A model generated the notes under the pieces. That model did not search any database and was not told the DNA's origin. It was given only the letters and a program-made list of their open reading frames with translations. Made by a program: the position numbers and the translations under genes. Shown piece after piece: positions 1 through 11,842 of a DNA stretch of 64,000 nucleotides (position 1 is the stretch's first letter; every line of letters starts with the position of its first letter). The DNA is from Phoronis australis (taxonomy: Eukaryota; Animalia; Phoronida), in contig NMRA01000044.1 of NCBI GenBank assembly GCA_002633005.1, forward strand, positions 573,195-637,194, written 5' to 3'.

Positions 1-552
1 AATTTTATGACCTGAAGTGGTGTATCATAAGTTTATTGACATAATACCGCTGCATAACATTTTTAAATTCTGCTTAGAGGAAAAAACAGATGGTTGTAGC
101 AATTGGTGTGGTTTCGTCTGGGCATTATGTTATTCTTGCTTACACTGTCCCACTACATCATTTTTGGAATTATTCATTTATTTACACCAACCTCTAACCT
201 TTTTACTTTGGCATTAAGCTTGGTGTGAACAGACTGATAGATTTTAGAAATAATGTTTATTACATCACTACCTCAAAGCGGTTTTAGGAAATCAATGCAA
301 CACGAAGTCCCTTGAAAAACGCGTAATTTGTTATTTTTATATTTCAGGGAAAGTTGTTGGATTCTCTTCCATATCCATTTGCTGATGAGTTGCGGGGCAT
401 GGCCAAAGGTGCAAACATTAATGAGGGGGAGATAACTCTGTTTAATGTTTTCTATGAAATTTTCACTCTGTGCACGTCAGTCATCGCTCAAGATCCCAAC
501 GGTAAATTGTATCATGCAAGAAACTTGGACTTCGGTCTCTTTCTGGGGTATG
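1..552 (+). repeat. Near-identical duplicate of 2108-2657 (intron end plus the catalytic-Cys exon of acid ceramidase, exon copy at 348-547)
   Basis: Matches 2108-2657 with scattered SNPs and a small indel. It stops at a single N (553), after which the upstream exons of the gene follow. Confidence 0.95.
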
Positions 553-735
553 NTTGGAATGATCCTTCTTAACCTTAAACAATCTTCTTTGCCATTACCA
601 TATGACAAGTTTAAATGCAAATTTTTGTCATGGCTGTCTTTTTTGAGGTTTGAAACCAAGTGTTGAAGCTGTAAAATGTTTCGGTAGAAATTGATAGATG
701 ACGCATGCCAAAAGTTAAGTTGTTTAATCTTACAG

Positions 736-820
736 TCACCAAGTGGGGTGGTACAAGGTTAATTTAGATCTTCCACCACAAGAGAGATGGAATGAAGTGG
801 TGAAAGGGCGAGCAATACAG
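736..820 (+). CDS. ASAH1: ASAH1-like exon (alpha subunit, HQVGWYKVNLDLPPQERWNEVVKGRAIQ)
   Basis: ttacag acceptor, gtaaat donor; NLDLPP motif. Confidence 0.92.
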
Positions 821-1277
821 GTAAATACTGTTTCATTGAATAGGGTCAACGTAGAAATTAAATCCTTTTTAAAGTATTGAAGAAGACTGGAATTAGAGTT
901 TCTGCTTTATCTTTCTATGCAGCTCTTTAAAAGTTTCAGTCAATCTGCGACCATTTTGAAATCAAGATAGCAATCAAAGCAGTTTCAGGCTAACCTTTTC
1001 TTGAAGAAATTGAAAAATGATGACATTTACCAAGTTTAATTTTGTATTGTGTTATGTTATTCTGGGTTTTGGATATTTTCAGTCTTCCAGCCAGCGATTT
1101 AATGTAGTTAGAAAAAGAACTGTTTCGAAAGATTGGAATTGCAATTCTATTTTTACTCACAGACACCAGGCTATACAGGTCAACAGAAATTATAGACATC
1201 AAAAGGTACTGCTTGGGTTTTTAAGGTCCCAGCACATATTCATGTTGTGAGTAACATTTCACGGTTGGTGTTTTTAG

Positions 1278-1370
1278 ATTAGAGGACTTCTGGCTGCTTT
1301 CAAGAAGTTTGTTGCTGGATTCAGTCCTGAGTTAGAGAAAAAGCTCTTCGACTTTGTGGACAAAGATGTT
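1278..1370 (+). CDS. ASAH1: ASAH1-like exon (IRGLLAAFKKFVAGFSPELEKKLFDFVDKDV)
   Basis: ttttag acceptor, gtgagt donor, 93 nt, phase 0, open frame that joins both flanking exons. Confidence 0.85.
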
Positions 1371-1954
1371 GTGAGTATTACATTGCAAATTGTCAGCTGT
1401 GTTTGTTTTTCTTAAAGCACACCTGCCTACTTTCACTGTTATGTGGGAGCTGGGCATATGAGTAAGTAGTCGCATTTTTCTTACAATGTCCTGAATTGAT
1501 CTCACCACAAATCAGTGTGATATTAGTATAAGCTACATTTGGCTAAGCTTGGTCAAGATTAATAGTACTCTGTCACCTTATTGATATTTTTGGCTAAACT
1601 TAAATTTCCTTTCTTTCTTACTAACCATTGCTTGATTAACTTGAAAATAAAATTCTGCTGATGTATAAGGCAAAACAGGCTTGTCAAAAATTCTTGAATA
1701 TTCTTAGTGGGCCAGTTATCTGTTAAGACATTGCATTCCAAGCTTGGAGAACCATGCCTCTTGGTAACCATTCCTTTGCAGTCTTAAATATAATTGCTCG
1801 TCAGTAACATAATTCAAGCTTACTGTCCTTAACAAATTCTATCAACAAGCAAAACTCAGTTTCTCACTGACTAATGATCAAATAAACATATCCAATGACC
1901 TGTTCACTTGAGACAATGTATCGTTTGCGGTACTGTCAAGTACAGGTATAAAAT

Positions 1955-2107
1955 CAGAGCATCGCAATCTGTCCTCCAAGCACTGAAGTCTGGAAAAAAA
2001 CCTGAATTAAATGAACTGTCGTCTGCCTTGACCTCTCTGTGCAGAAATCACAACGTGACACTGCAATGGATCCCATCGCATTATAATGTGCATGGAAATG
2101 AAATGGC
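1955..2107 (+). mobile_element. RNase H fragment of a non-LTR retrotransposon (I/Ingi/Nimb-type) in an intron
   Basis: Translation SQSVLQAL...VTLQWIPSHYNVHGNEMA matches the LINE RNase H motif DSxSxLxAL...LxWIPSHxGIxGNExAD. Confidence 0.85.
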
Positions 2108-2452
2108 AATTTTATGGCCTGAAGTGGTGTATCATAAGTTTATTGACATAATACCACTGCATAACATTTTAAAATTCTGCTTAGAGAAAAAAACAGATGG
2201 TTGTAGCAGTTGGTGTGGTTTCGTCTGGGCATTAGGTTATTCTTGCTTACACTGTCCCACTACATCGTTTTGGAATTATTCATTTATTTACACCAACCTT
2301 TAACCTTTTTACTTTGGCATTAAGCTTGGTGTGAACAGACTGATAGATTTTAGAAATCATGTTTATTACATCACTACCTCAAAGCGATTTTAGGAAATCA
2401 ATGCAACACAAAGTCCCTTGAAAAACGCGTAATTTTTATTTTTATATTTCAG

Positions 2453-2652
2453 GGAAAGTTGTTGGATTCTCTTCCATATCCATTTGCTGACGAGTTGCGG
2501 GGCATGGCCAAAGGTGCAAACATTAATGAGGGGGAGATAACTCTGTTTAATGTTTTCTATGAAATTTTCACTCTGTGCACGTCAGTCATCGCTCAAGATC
2601 CCAACGGTAAACTGTATCATGCAAGAAACTTGGACTTCGGTCTCTTTCTGGG
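2453..2652 (+). CDS. ASAH1: ASAH1-like exon with the autocleavage/catalytic Cys (FTL/CTS) and RNLDFG
   Basis: tttcag acceptor, gtatgt donor; conserved motifs intact. Confidence 0.95.
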
Positions 2653-2969
2653 GTATGTTGATCTTTGTGTATTATACAACTCTTCTAGACTAAATATTAA
2701 AATTTAATCATTATTTTGCTTAAAGATTGTAAAGAATGTTTATAAACACTTTTTTCTCAGTTAAGTGGTAGCTAATAACACTTAAATGTGGCTTTGTCTG
2801 TTGATGAAAGTAGAATTTATTTCTCATCCAGGATCATAAAAGAATAATGATTTTCTCAGACATAATTTATAGCCACATACAAAATTGTCTTCTAGAATAG
2901 TTTTAAGTCTGTGGTGAGAAGCAAATAGCGAGTCAGTTGAGCAAATGTGTAAACTAAGAAGTGTTATGA

Positions 2970-3213
2970 ACAAGAATTATTAGTCTTCACACACGCCATA
3001 TGTTTGTCACATGACCTATATTAAAGTCTGAAAAGATCGCTGTCACGACTGGGGTTCGAACCCGAGACCTTCTGCTAACTATGCAGACGCTCTAGTCCAC
3101 TGAGCTATCATGGCCACCAGTCAATTACAGAACTCCAGACTTGATAGAAAGCATCTTGCCCATATTTGGGAGTGCATACGTGTATATTGGGGCAGAAGAC
3201 TTATAATTCTTGT
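2970..3213 (-). mobile_element. Small inverted-repeat element enclosing a tRNA-like cassette (3042-3114, minus strand)
   Basis: 19-bp terminal inverted repeats (2970-2988 / 3195-3213, 18/19 match). The interior has A box TAGCTCAGTGG, B box GGTTCGAAC and an imperfect cloverleaf. Confidence 0.75.
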
Positions 3214-3667
3214 GTATACGATTTCAATGCACTGATTTATAGCAACACAATTATAAGAATAGTTATCTTGCGATACTAATCAGATCTAAAATGGAGCAAA
3301 TTTACTACGTGTTACTTGGAAAACTGATTGGATTACGTGAAAATAACAAACCGCCTATTTATGTATTCTCTTTGTCCACAGGTTAACGTCAGTGTTAAAA
3401 TTGAGAAACTGAAAAGTAATGAAGCCGAGTGTTTAATGTTTAAAAACAAATGAGAGTTGGGGCTAATGCATATGGGGTTGTTTTCTGCCAGTCACTACTG
3501 TGCAAGACATCAATGGCATATAATTGGCAATTAAAAGTCTTTGTTTTAAACTGTGGATAGGAACATAAACTTGGACATTGAAAATTTGTGAGATTTGAGG
3601 GAGGATGTTCATCTAACATGTGCATTTGGTGTGATCTGATTTACGTGTCAGTCTCTTTTCGTTTAAG

Positions 3668-3812
3668 ATGGAACACCACCACTCATACTTGGGACATAAC
3701 AGAGGCACTGAAACCCTTGGTAGTGAACCTAGAGTGGCAGCGAAATGGTACCACTGTCTTCAAGTCTGTCAACTTTGCCGGGTTTCTGGGAATATTGACG
3801 GGCATAAAACCG
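3668..3812 (+). CDS. ASAH1: ASAH1-like exon ([20 protein letters not shown]...[13 protein letters not shown])
   Basis: tttaag acceptor, gtaagc donor; its phase matches the preceding exon. Confidence 0.95.
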
Positions 3813-4903
3813 GTAAGCATGCTTTCATTTCAATGTAAGCAGAGACCTCTTGTGGAGTAGGTCACTGTCTAAGTTATCTTTTGGGGTGAAATGTTTTGAC
3901 TGTGTCTTGTGCCTATGTTCATTACCAAAAATTGTTTCCATCAATGTTAAGACATTTCTCAAAACGATGTCATGGGACTAATGACCTGTGCGTATCCTTT
4001 TGTGGTGTACATCTGCTGTGAGGTGGCACAGAGAAAAGCTTTGGTTTTATAATGAAAACACATTTTTGAACGAAAGTGACTTTTTTCTGACTTCCTGAAC
4101 CTCAAATAATCAACCAAGATAGTCTGCCTGACAAAATACATCTAAAATTTCTATACTGTAACAGAAAGTGATTTTCATTCTCAAACAGTTCATTCTTGAC
4201 AACAGTGAGTTCAGAAGCTGCCAAATTTCCATTAATTTTAACAGTTTGCAAATCCCTCCAAGCTACGTTTTTCAAACACAGGTGTATATAAATCCGTTTT
4301 GGTTGTAAAAATAAATGGCTTTTGTGGCTAAAAAAGTTTGAACCTTATGATTAATCTGTGTGCATTTTTAACACTTTCACTAACTTAGAATCCTGTTTCA
4401 CTAAAGTGTCATGTTTTTATGACGTTTCTATGCTCAGTCTAAACAGAGTCTAACTTACGACTAATCATAAATTTTGGTATAAGTCTCCTTTTGGACTTGT
4501 GTAAAAATTTCATGAAGTTGTATTTTAGTGAAATAGGTGCCGCATCTGTTTGTTAAATTGCTTTGTGTAAATTCACCACTCATTGTCAACACAATACAAT
4601 AATACTACTGACTTGCGGTTGTGTTTTTATGGATAGAACGTTAAGTTGTATGTGCAGTGAATTATGGGAAATCTGGAGCTTGCCTGCATCTGGTCGTAGA
4701 CTTGCATACTAGACAAACTGATCAACCGAGTGCGGGGGATGAAAGATCAATGACTAGATATTGAACTCATGACTTCTCGCAATTCTTTATTTTGGTATGT
4801 GCACTCATCAGTTTTTTGTTTATCTGTAAACAGACCAATGTAGAAAAAGATAATGAACGTGTCTCTGAGATAGTGTGAAATAATTGATTTGTTTTGATTA
4901 CAG

Positions 4904-4958
4904 GGTGTATTCACTATGTCTATGAATGAGAGGTTTAATCTAAATGGAGGCTACATAG
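4904..4958 (+). CDS. ASAH1: ASAH1-like exon (GVFTMSMNERFNLNGGYIG)
   Basis: ttacag acceptor, gtaagt donor; NERF motif. Confidence 0.92.
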
Positions 4959-5551
4959 GTAAGTCTGTGTTTCCAAAATAGTAAGGATGAGTTGCCACCA
5001 TGCTCTACCTATTGAAATTTATAATTCATCCCAAGACAGTGACATCCACAAAGTGCTTACGTGAAAATTTCCCAGAGTTTTCTAGAAGTTGAATCGACTT
5101 TGCTTCAGATCTGTTCTTTTTTTAAAATACATTGTCTTCTGAATTCACTAGTTAAGCACTGAAAAAAACACATTTTAACATACCACAGTTATAGGGTTAC
5201 TGATGTTTCTAAAACAGTCTCCAGTGGATATTCTTTTCATACTTTTTCTGTCTGAAGTTCTGACCAGCTAACGAGCAGACATTCTGAAATACTGTTGTGA
5301 AAACAATTTTGAATTTCTGACATAGTGCCTTGCAAGGTAACCAAGTCTCTTTTAGGTCTCTTAATATTGGTTGTTTATTCTAAAGGAACACAGCGTACTT
5401 CACCTATCATGTCTACGACCACGAACTTTTGTCATCTCCATTATAACTTCCCATACGTTACATATTTGATACTGAAGGGGGAAGCTGTGCATCTGAGGTT
5501 CTAGCAATATCTATGCTGATGTCATTTGTTGATAATATCTTGCTCGTTTAG

Positions 5552-5718
5552 GTATCATAGAGTGGCTGATGGGTGACCACTCTGCGTCGTGGATGAGCTT
5601 TCTAACACGCCGTGTGATGGAGAATGCCACTAGTTACGAACAGGCTCAACAATTGCTGTCTGACACCAAACTCCTTGCAGCAGGGTATTATATACTACGC
5701 GGAACTAAACCTTATGAG
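5552..5718 (+). CDS. ASAH1: ASAH1-like exon (IIEWLMG...FLTRRVMENATSYEQA...YILRGTKPYE)
   Basis: tttag acceptor, gtgaga donor. The frame is open, but the family motif LAPAYFILGG reads LAAGYYILRG here. Confidence 0.9.
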
Positions 5719-6048
5719 GTGAGACATTGTTATTTTCTCATTTCATGTTAATGACCACCTTGTAATGTGTCTAAAACCGGTTTCACATCATAGGTAGTCC
5801 ATTTCATCGGCTCCCCGTTGGTGAATGATGCTAAATTCTATTATTTTATGAACTTGGAAAAAGTGATGATGTGTTAGTACTTTCAGGGCTGTGATTTACT
5901 CAGTGTTCCTATTTCATGTATCTGTTGTAATCGATGCAATTAATTTTGTGCTCTAAATTGACAGTGTTCTGCACAAGCCGTTTTGACATTGGACAGTTAC
6001 GAGTTAGTAATTTGCTGTGGTGAGTTTGGCTCACCTGCTTTGAGTTAA

Positions 6049-7724
6049 AGGAGCATGCCACCCAAAAAAACAACCTAATTTGTATCAATTTAGATCGAGT
6101 AGTTCTACTCCATAACGACACGTAAGGTTGCGTTACCTGACACCTGACGGCAGACGGAGATGTTGAAATTATCCAATGACATCATCGGTTTGAAACGCAG
6201 TGTGTTCAGCAGTTCAGAAGACGGGTTACTGTTGTCAGCTTATTGCTTGAAGTCATCGTTAAACACCAATAAATCATCAAACTTCGATGTAAAACCCTTA
6301 AAATACACCGAGATCTTATAAAAACGTGTTGTTTTATATCGCTCTTACGGATTTATTGGCATTTGGACACACCGTAGCCTACAAAGTTCGGCAGACCAAT
6401 AAGGTCCGTAGCAGGAGTTTGGCATGGGGTCTGTTCGGAGATAATTTCGAAGTATTTTCCGTGAGATACAGACAGGAGAACATAGGTCTGTGTTGTTTAG
6501 TCTTGTGATTTTTTGAGTTCTAAACACAAAACGCTTGTTATCCTGGCCAGTAGCTCGGAACCCGATCAGGCCCGTCGCAGCCGGCCGGATTGACTCCCGC
6601 CAGTGACTCGGAAACTGATCAGACATCACGAACATAAACCAGCCAAAGTTCAGTGGAAACTTCCAGTTAAGAAAATACTATATTAGTGAGCCAAAGTAAT
6701 GTGCACGTGATTATATTGGTGAATTAGTCACGAAACTGCAGATCTACTTACTCGCGTCCGGGGCCGCGAATTCAGGTTCCGGCTTTGGGCCACAGCACCG
6801 TCAGGGCAGAAGTTGTACATTGACAATCATTACGTGAGTAATGTAAATGTAAATAAAGATTCCCCTAACACCTGACCGTGGGATGGAAATCGAGTTGTTT
6901 CACAACAGTTTCTGCCAGCAAACACGAAATTAGCATGAGCTCACACGGCCTAGGTACCCCGTCAATTAGTATTATTGCACCCGAAGCCGGTAACACAGTG
7001 ATTTATTTATTGCTGGCTTCTCAAATCATTTGCACTCACGAACACTCCAAAGGCATTACAAATTGCATCTAATGAGACAGACTTTGTTTCAGTTTTATAT
7101 AAGTATTGGTTAGGGTGAGAATAATTCATTTTGAAACAACGCTCAGTAATAAACGCCAACATGGCAACTCGCAATCTCGACTTAGGACGAGCTAGAGCTC
7201 ATCAGTCCCGACTTCGCAGGAGGATCGTTAAGTTTTACAGGCTATCAATTCGAACAGGAATACAGTGATGAAGAAATACTAGAGAGGGGCCGTGAACAAG
7301 CTTAGACAACGGAACGTATGGAGTTAGTTGGTAAGCCGGCATTCGTCAGGCACTGCCCGACGACTGCAGGCCACAGACACAGAGATGTTTCACGGCCTCA
7401 TACTTGCTATTTACAGCGTACATTACATTCTTCACTACAATGAGCCACTTCATAAGCATTTCGTACTCTCGAGGAAGTAAAAAAACGATATACCCGCTTT
7501 CGTCGCAGCTGCTTAGTTCGGACAAGCGGGAACGATGCACCGCAACATAGCGTCATTTACTCTGCATATGAACCACTGACGTCGCTAGGGTCGTTTCTCA
7601 CCTTCCTCACAGGTTAACGCGACACCTCTTGGCAAGGTAAGGTCGACCGCACGCGAGGCGATGTGGATATAGACCGATTAAGACGGCAAAAAAAAAAACT
7701 AATTAAATCGAGTGGCATTCTCCT
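6049..7724. mobile_element. Kolobok-like non-autonomous DNA transposon in an intron
   Basis: TTAA at 6045-6048 and 7725-7728 flanks the inverted termini AGGAGCATGCCAC / GTGGCATTCTCCT. An internal remnant GYQFEQEYSDEE (7240-7275) resembles the YxFEP N-terminus of Kolobok accessory proteins. Confidence 0.75.
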
Positions 7725-7942
7725 TTAAGATCAACAGCCTTGCATACAAAACTCCCACAGTATGGGTGTGGTGTTTTGAACCTGGGCAAGAGCTGTGTAA
7801 TTTAAGCCAAGCTGGAATTTTCTGTTGTGGAGAAAGTGGAAAGGAGTGTCTTTTAAAAGAACTCTTGGTTACATGTAGACTTCCGTCATAGTTACCTTGT
7901 ATCTGTCAGCTGATATTTGAGGTTGGGATTGGCTGTCCTCAG

Positions 7943-8115
7943 GGTTATGTGATTACCAGGGATAGAGCGCCCCTTGTTGGTGATGTGTGAACAATGAAGG
8001 AGACACACCCCACTTGGTTCATTCTAGAGACGTACTACGATCACTGGAAGAGGCATCTGTTCCTCGATGACCAGCGTAGTCCTGCCGTGCGATGTATGGT
8101 GAAGAAATCTTAAAG
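7943..8115 (+). pseudogene. ASAH1: Disabled ASAH1-like exon (GYVITRDR...DV*...ETYYDHWK...DDQR...KS*)
   Basis: Homologous to GCVITRDR...QTNYDxWK..FLDDRRxPA. It has two in-frame stops and a length of 3n+2. Confidence 0.9.
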
Positions 8116-8707
8116 GTAGGAGGGAATATGGACAAATAGCCTCTGAATCGAGTGGTGTTGCCGTTGTCTTAATGGAACAAAGTTCAAAGGATACTATTGT
8201 CTGTAGCGGTCTATTGACAGAAATTAACTACAACTTTTCCATCCAGCTCTCTAAAACAAAACAATCTCCTCTCTAAGCCTTATCAGCCATGAACTGTTTG
8301 GAGCAAACTCTAAATGTCCTTAAAACAGCAAATGTGACCTACTCATCAGGCAAGACGTAGTTAGACAGCATCTCGTCCACAGTGAATCATATAGTGCCTG
8401 TTCTGTGACACAATGAGTACTATATGTTTTTAGTTAAACCCTGTTTTTATCACTCAAATGAGACACCTACGATGCTTTAGCGTTGGACAAAATGAGGATT
8501 GGTTTAAATCAATACAGCACGGCATGGTGTCCTTTTAAAGCTGATGAATATGTGAACGAAATCTGATTTTTTCGAAGCTGTCGAAATGATGCAGTAGGCA
8601 TGTTGCGATAACTATTTTAGTGAAACCTTTCACTTCCTTCGCCTATGTGCGACAAAAATGGTGCAATTCATCAACTTTGGTTAATTCCTCAGCGTCTGTT
8701 ATTTCAG

Positions 8708-8764
8708 AATGTTGGAGCTGAAGCCATTTTCACCATGTTGTCTTCCAGGCCAGTATTAAATAAG
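8708..8764 (+). CDS. ASAH1: ASAH1-like exon (NVGAEAIFTMLSSRPVLNK)
   Basis: tttcag acceptor, gtaagt donor; PVLNK motif. Confidence 0.88.
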
Positions 8765-9220
8765 GTAAGTCTAAATGTACCTTTTTAAACTCTGCTTTAA
8801 CTGGAATTTTTCTGTTGTTTTATAACTTTTTCACTCAGAAATAACGGTTATATAGCACGATCTGTCCATCTGCGGGACAAATTGTTTGCAAATGGCAATT
8901 GTTCCAAAGAGTTTGGTGTACATCCAGCTGAAGACTTTTCTTACAGAAGACATTCCATTAATTTGAGCGCACTATTTATGGATATTTTTTAACTATAAAG
9001 CGCTCAAATATTCACAAACATGGTATCTAATGTTTATAATATGTTTAGAAGGAACTTGTTCGAAGATGATTTTTCCTTCACTTACCACAATGCTACATAT
9101 TCTGTTCGTTGGCTAATACTGGATTGTTTTTTACCTTATATGCAAAAGTGTGGAACAACTTTTCCTTTCATTCAGTATTTTTCTGCAGATACTTTTTCAC
9201 GTCCTTATTTTCATTTTGAG

Positions 9221-9310
9221 TTGACAGCCTACACAGGTATTATGCAGGTTGACTCTGGATGCCTTGAGACCTATTTACAAGTCTGTCCTGACCCCTGTTG
9301 GCCGTGGTAA
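9221..9310 (+). CDS. ASAH1: ASAH1-like terminal exon (LTAYTGIMQVDSGCLETYLQVCPDPCWPW*)
   Basis: CPDPCxxW C-terminus followed by TAA; the acceptor is a weak GAG. Confidence 0.9.
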   Translation: MTAYTGIMQVDSGCLETYLQVCPDPCWPW

Positions 9311-9467
9311 TCATTTCGTTGTCTGCTTATGTTAAAGCTGGTGTTCAGGTTGGTTGTATGAAATGTGGATTCTCACAAAATTTTGATTAATTAGTCGCCA
9401 GTACTTTGTTTTTTTTTCTTCTTACAGAGCATTAGTAATCTCTGGGGTTATGGTTTGTTCACATTGC

Positions 9468-9473
9468 AATAAA
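9468..9473 (+). promoter_or_regulatory. Candidate polyadenylation signal
   Basis: AATAAA about 160 nt downstream of the ASAH1-like stop codon. Confidence 0.55.
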
Positions 9474-11842
9474 CATTACAATTAAAATCTGAAAATGACA
9501 ATTTTGTATATGTTTACGAATATTTGTTACTGAAAGTGCTATCAATTTTTTTCTCTACATACAGTACAAACTTTTCTAGTGCTGAAGTCAAATTTTCTAA
9601 TAGTTTGACCTTATTTTTAAGTCCATCTTGTTTACCAAATTATATGCTAAATGAGAAAATGAGTTTTCTGTCTCCATAGTGACCGTGGCTCTAGTTTTAT
9701 TTTTGGAGCTTTTCTTCATAAGCATGACTATAGTTTCCATGAGATTAATTCTTGCGTTTGTTAAAGTTATTTTGTTGTTCAGAAAATTTTGTCTTGTTAC
9801 TGTTGCGGTTTTCTAATGTCAATGGTGTAAATTGAGAAAAAGTTAGTAATGTCAGACTTTATCAAGTTGTTTTTGTTGAAGAAAATGTTGCAAAGATTGA
9901 GAATTCTCATCAAGTTCTTGCTTTCTTGAACAAAGCATAAATTATGAGCTCGGTGTATTTGTTAAAGGTATTTGATAGCTGCTAATTCACATTTGATTTA
10001 TTGTTCAGTTTAATTATGTCGTAATGTCTGTCCATGAAAGTGCCATCTATTGTTTAATTATCAAGTACTTTATATCAAAAATTTTGTGAATCGTTATCAA
10101 GAACTTGAATAATACCTATATTTTCTAGCACGATATGTTTGATCTTTGTCAATTAATTTAACATTTGATTTCTTAATAGGTGTAAATTGTGTTAAATGTT
10201 TATTCATCAAGTTGCCATCTATTGTATATTTAATAAATTAATAAATTATGTAGTCTGTATACGTGCAAATAGACAATCTATATGTCTGTGTATTAGTCTT
10301 GTCTAGAAAGTGAAGGAGCTGTATAAGGATGTGTAGCACGCTAGGCAAAATGTCTAATTTTGGTCAACTTTTGAACATGGTACTTGAGAAATGATAGATG
10401 GAATTCACATGAAACTTTCGGATACTATGCTTTATGCACTGTTCTCGATCACACTGTTCAACTTTTGCATGACGACTATCTTATGAAAAATTATTCAAGA
10501 TGCATAAAACGAAAAATGAAATGTGTAACAGGGAATTTCAGATTTAAACTTAAAAAATTATATAATGCGAAGTTTGATTGATTGTATTATTGATCTTGTT
10601 ATGTATGTACTTTTCTTTTTCGCTAAATTTTCCTAAAAACCAAGGTCACAAGATCTAATTAGTGGCAGATTGGTATACAATTGAGATAATAAAGGTACAG
10701 TCTTGTCGATAAGGTCCTACATAACCTTAAAAGGCTATAATATTAACTACAAGGTTGTGTACTGACAATGTTTATGTGATAACTTGCTGAAATATTTGCA
10801 GAAAATGCTTTTCGTCTTCTGTATTTTGTGTGGTATAAGGTATAAATATGGGGATTTTCTTGCACCACAGGAAAGCCTGATCTAGGCTGGCATATGTCTG
10901 CATGTGATGGTGTTGCAGCAATTGTCATTTTTTATTACAGAAGTATATCTTTATTCACTTATGAGATAACATTTTGTTCAGGCATTCCTATCTGCAGGCT
11001 CTCTGCACCAAATGATTGTTTTTTTGCATTGTTTGCTATTGCTAAGAAATAAAATGCCATTCATTACAACTTGCTGCTTATCAACTACATCCCAGTGTTC
11101 TCATTGGTGAATAGTGTTCTGCCTCTCCCACAGCTCCTCCCTTAAGAGGTCACCTCCGGTAAAATGACCTCTCCTGGCAACACCTCTTTCCTTCTTGTTG
11201 CTAAAACCTGGGTTTCCTGTTCTCTATCTTCAGTGAATTCTATGTCTGGAAGGAGCTCGCCTGAAATAAATAGTCTTATCTTAACTAAAAGCTGCCTTTC
11301 GCCTTGTTTAGCTGATTAAAAATGAAATTCTACTTCTGTTACTAAATAGAACTTCGAAACCATCACCTGTCAAGAAGATGCCTATCCCAAAGCTGACAAT
11401 TTGAAAATGGCGCACATAGGCATTGCATGTGACTTGAGTAGGTGGAATCCAATCACAGTAAAGAATAGTAAGAGTCGTGATGTGAGATGTCGGCTTGGAA
11501 AGAAGAGTCACTTCTTTGGTGTTGAGGCTATGTTCTGCGCATAAAATTACCCCCTCCCCCGTTGACGAGCCAATTTGTTTTAGCCTGCAGTTTTGATGTT
11601 ATGCATCAAAACTGAACATGATGAATTTACAAAAAACGTGTGTCTTAGCATTTTTGAGAATAATCGCAAAAAATTTAATCGGGCGTCTCGAAGTAAATCT
11701 AAAACCATCATTGCCAATCAAATACCACTGACCTCAAGGTGGTAAAATACAAAACTGTGTGTGCAAATCCGTTGAATTATGTAAAATTTTAATTTCAAAC
11801 AATTCAAAACCAGTCGAAAGGAGTAAAAATCGAGGATTTGTC

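Larger units (their letters stand above)
736..9310 (+). pseudogene. ASAH1: Acid ceramidase (ASAH1/NAAA family, Ntn hydrolase), spliced, 5'-partial, disabled in its 3' half
   Basis: Nine exons with splice signals: 736-820, 1278-1370, 2453-2652, 3668-3812, 4904-4958, 5552-5718, 7943-8115, 8708-8764, 9221-9310. They encode the family motifs WYxVNLDLPPxERW, NVFYEIFTLCTS (catalytic Cys), HARNLDFG, NERF, VITRDR, PVLNKLT and terminal CPDPCxxW*. Lesions: TGA at 7988-7990, TAA at 8111-8113, and a 173-nt exon between phase-0 junctions. Confidence 0.9.

Noticed and set aside
3042-3114. Functional tRNA-Thr(AGT) gene
   Set aside because: It has mismatches in the acceptor and T stems and atypical anticodon-loop bases, and it sits inside a repeat with a diverged relative. 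Treated as tRNA-derived.
7988-7990. TGA as selenocysteine or readthrough in acid ceramidase
   Set aside because: The site is most simply TGG to TGA at an aromatic position, and the same exon has a TAA, a frameshift and active-site substitutions.
9020-9220. N-terminal part of the 96-aa ORF 9020-9310
   Set aside because: Intronic read-through; only 9221-9310 matches the family.
11080-11520. Minus-strand exon-like, Arg/Gly-rich and PHD-like fragments
   Set aside because: Stops in all frames and no motif strong enough to assign.
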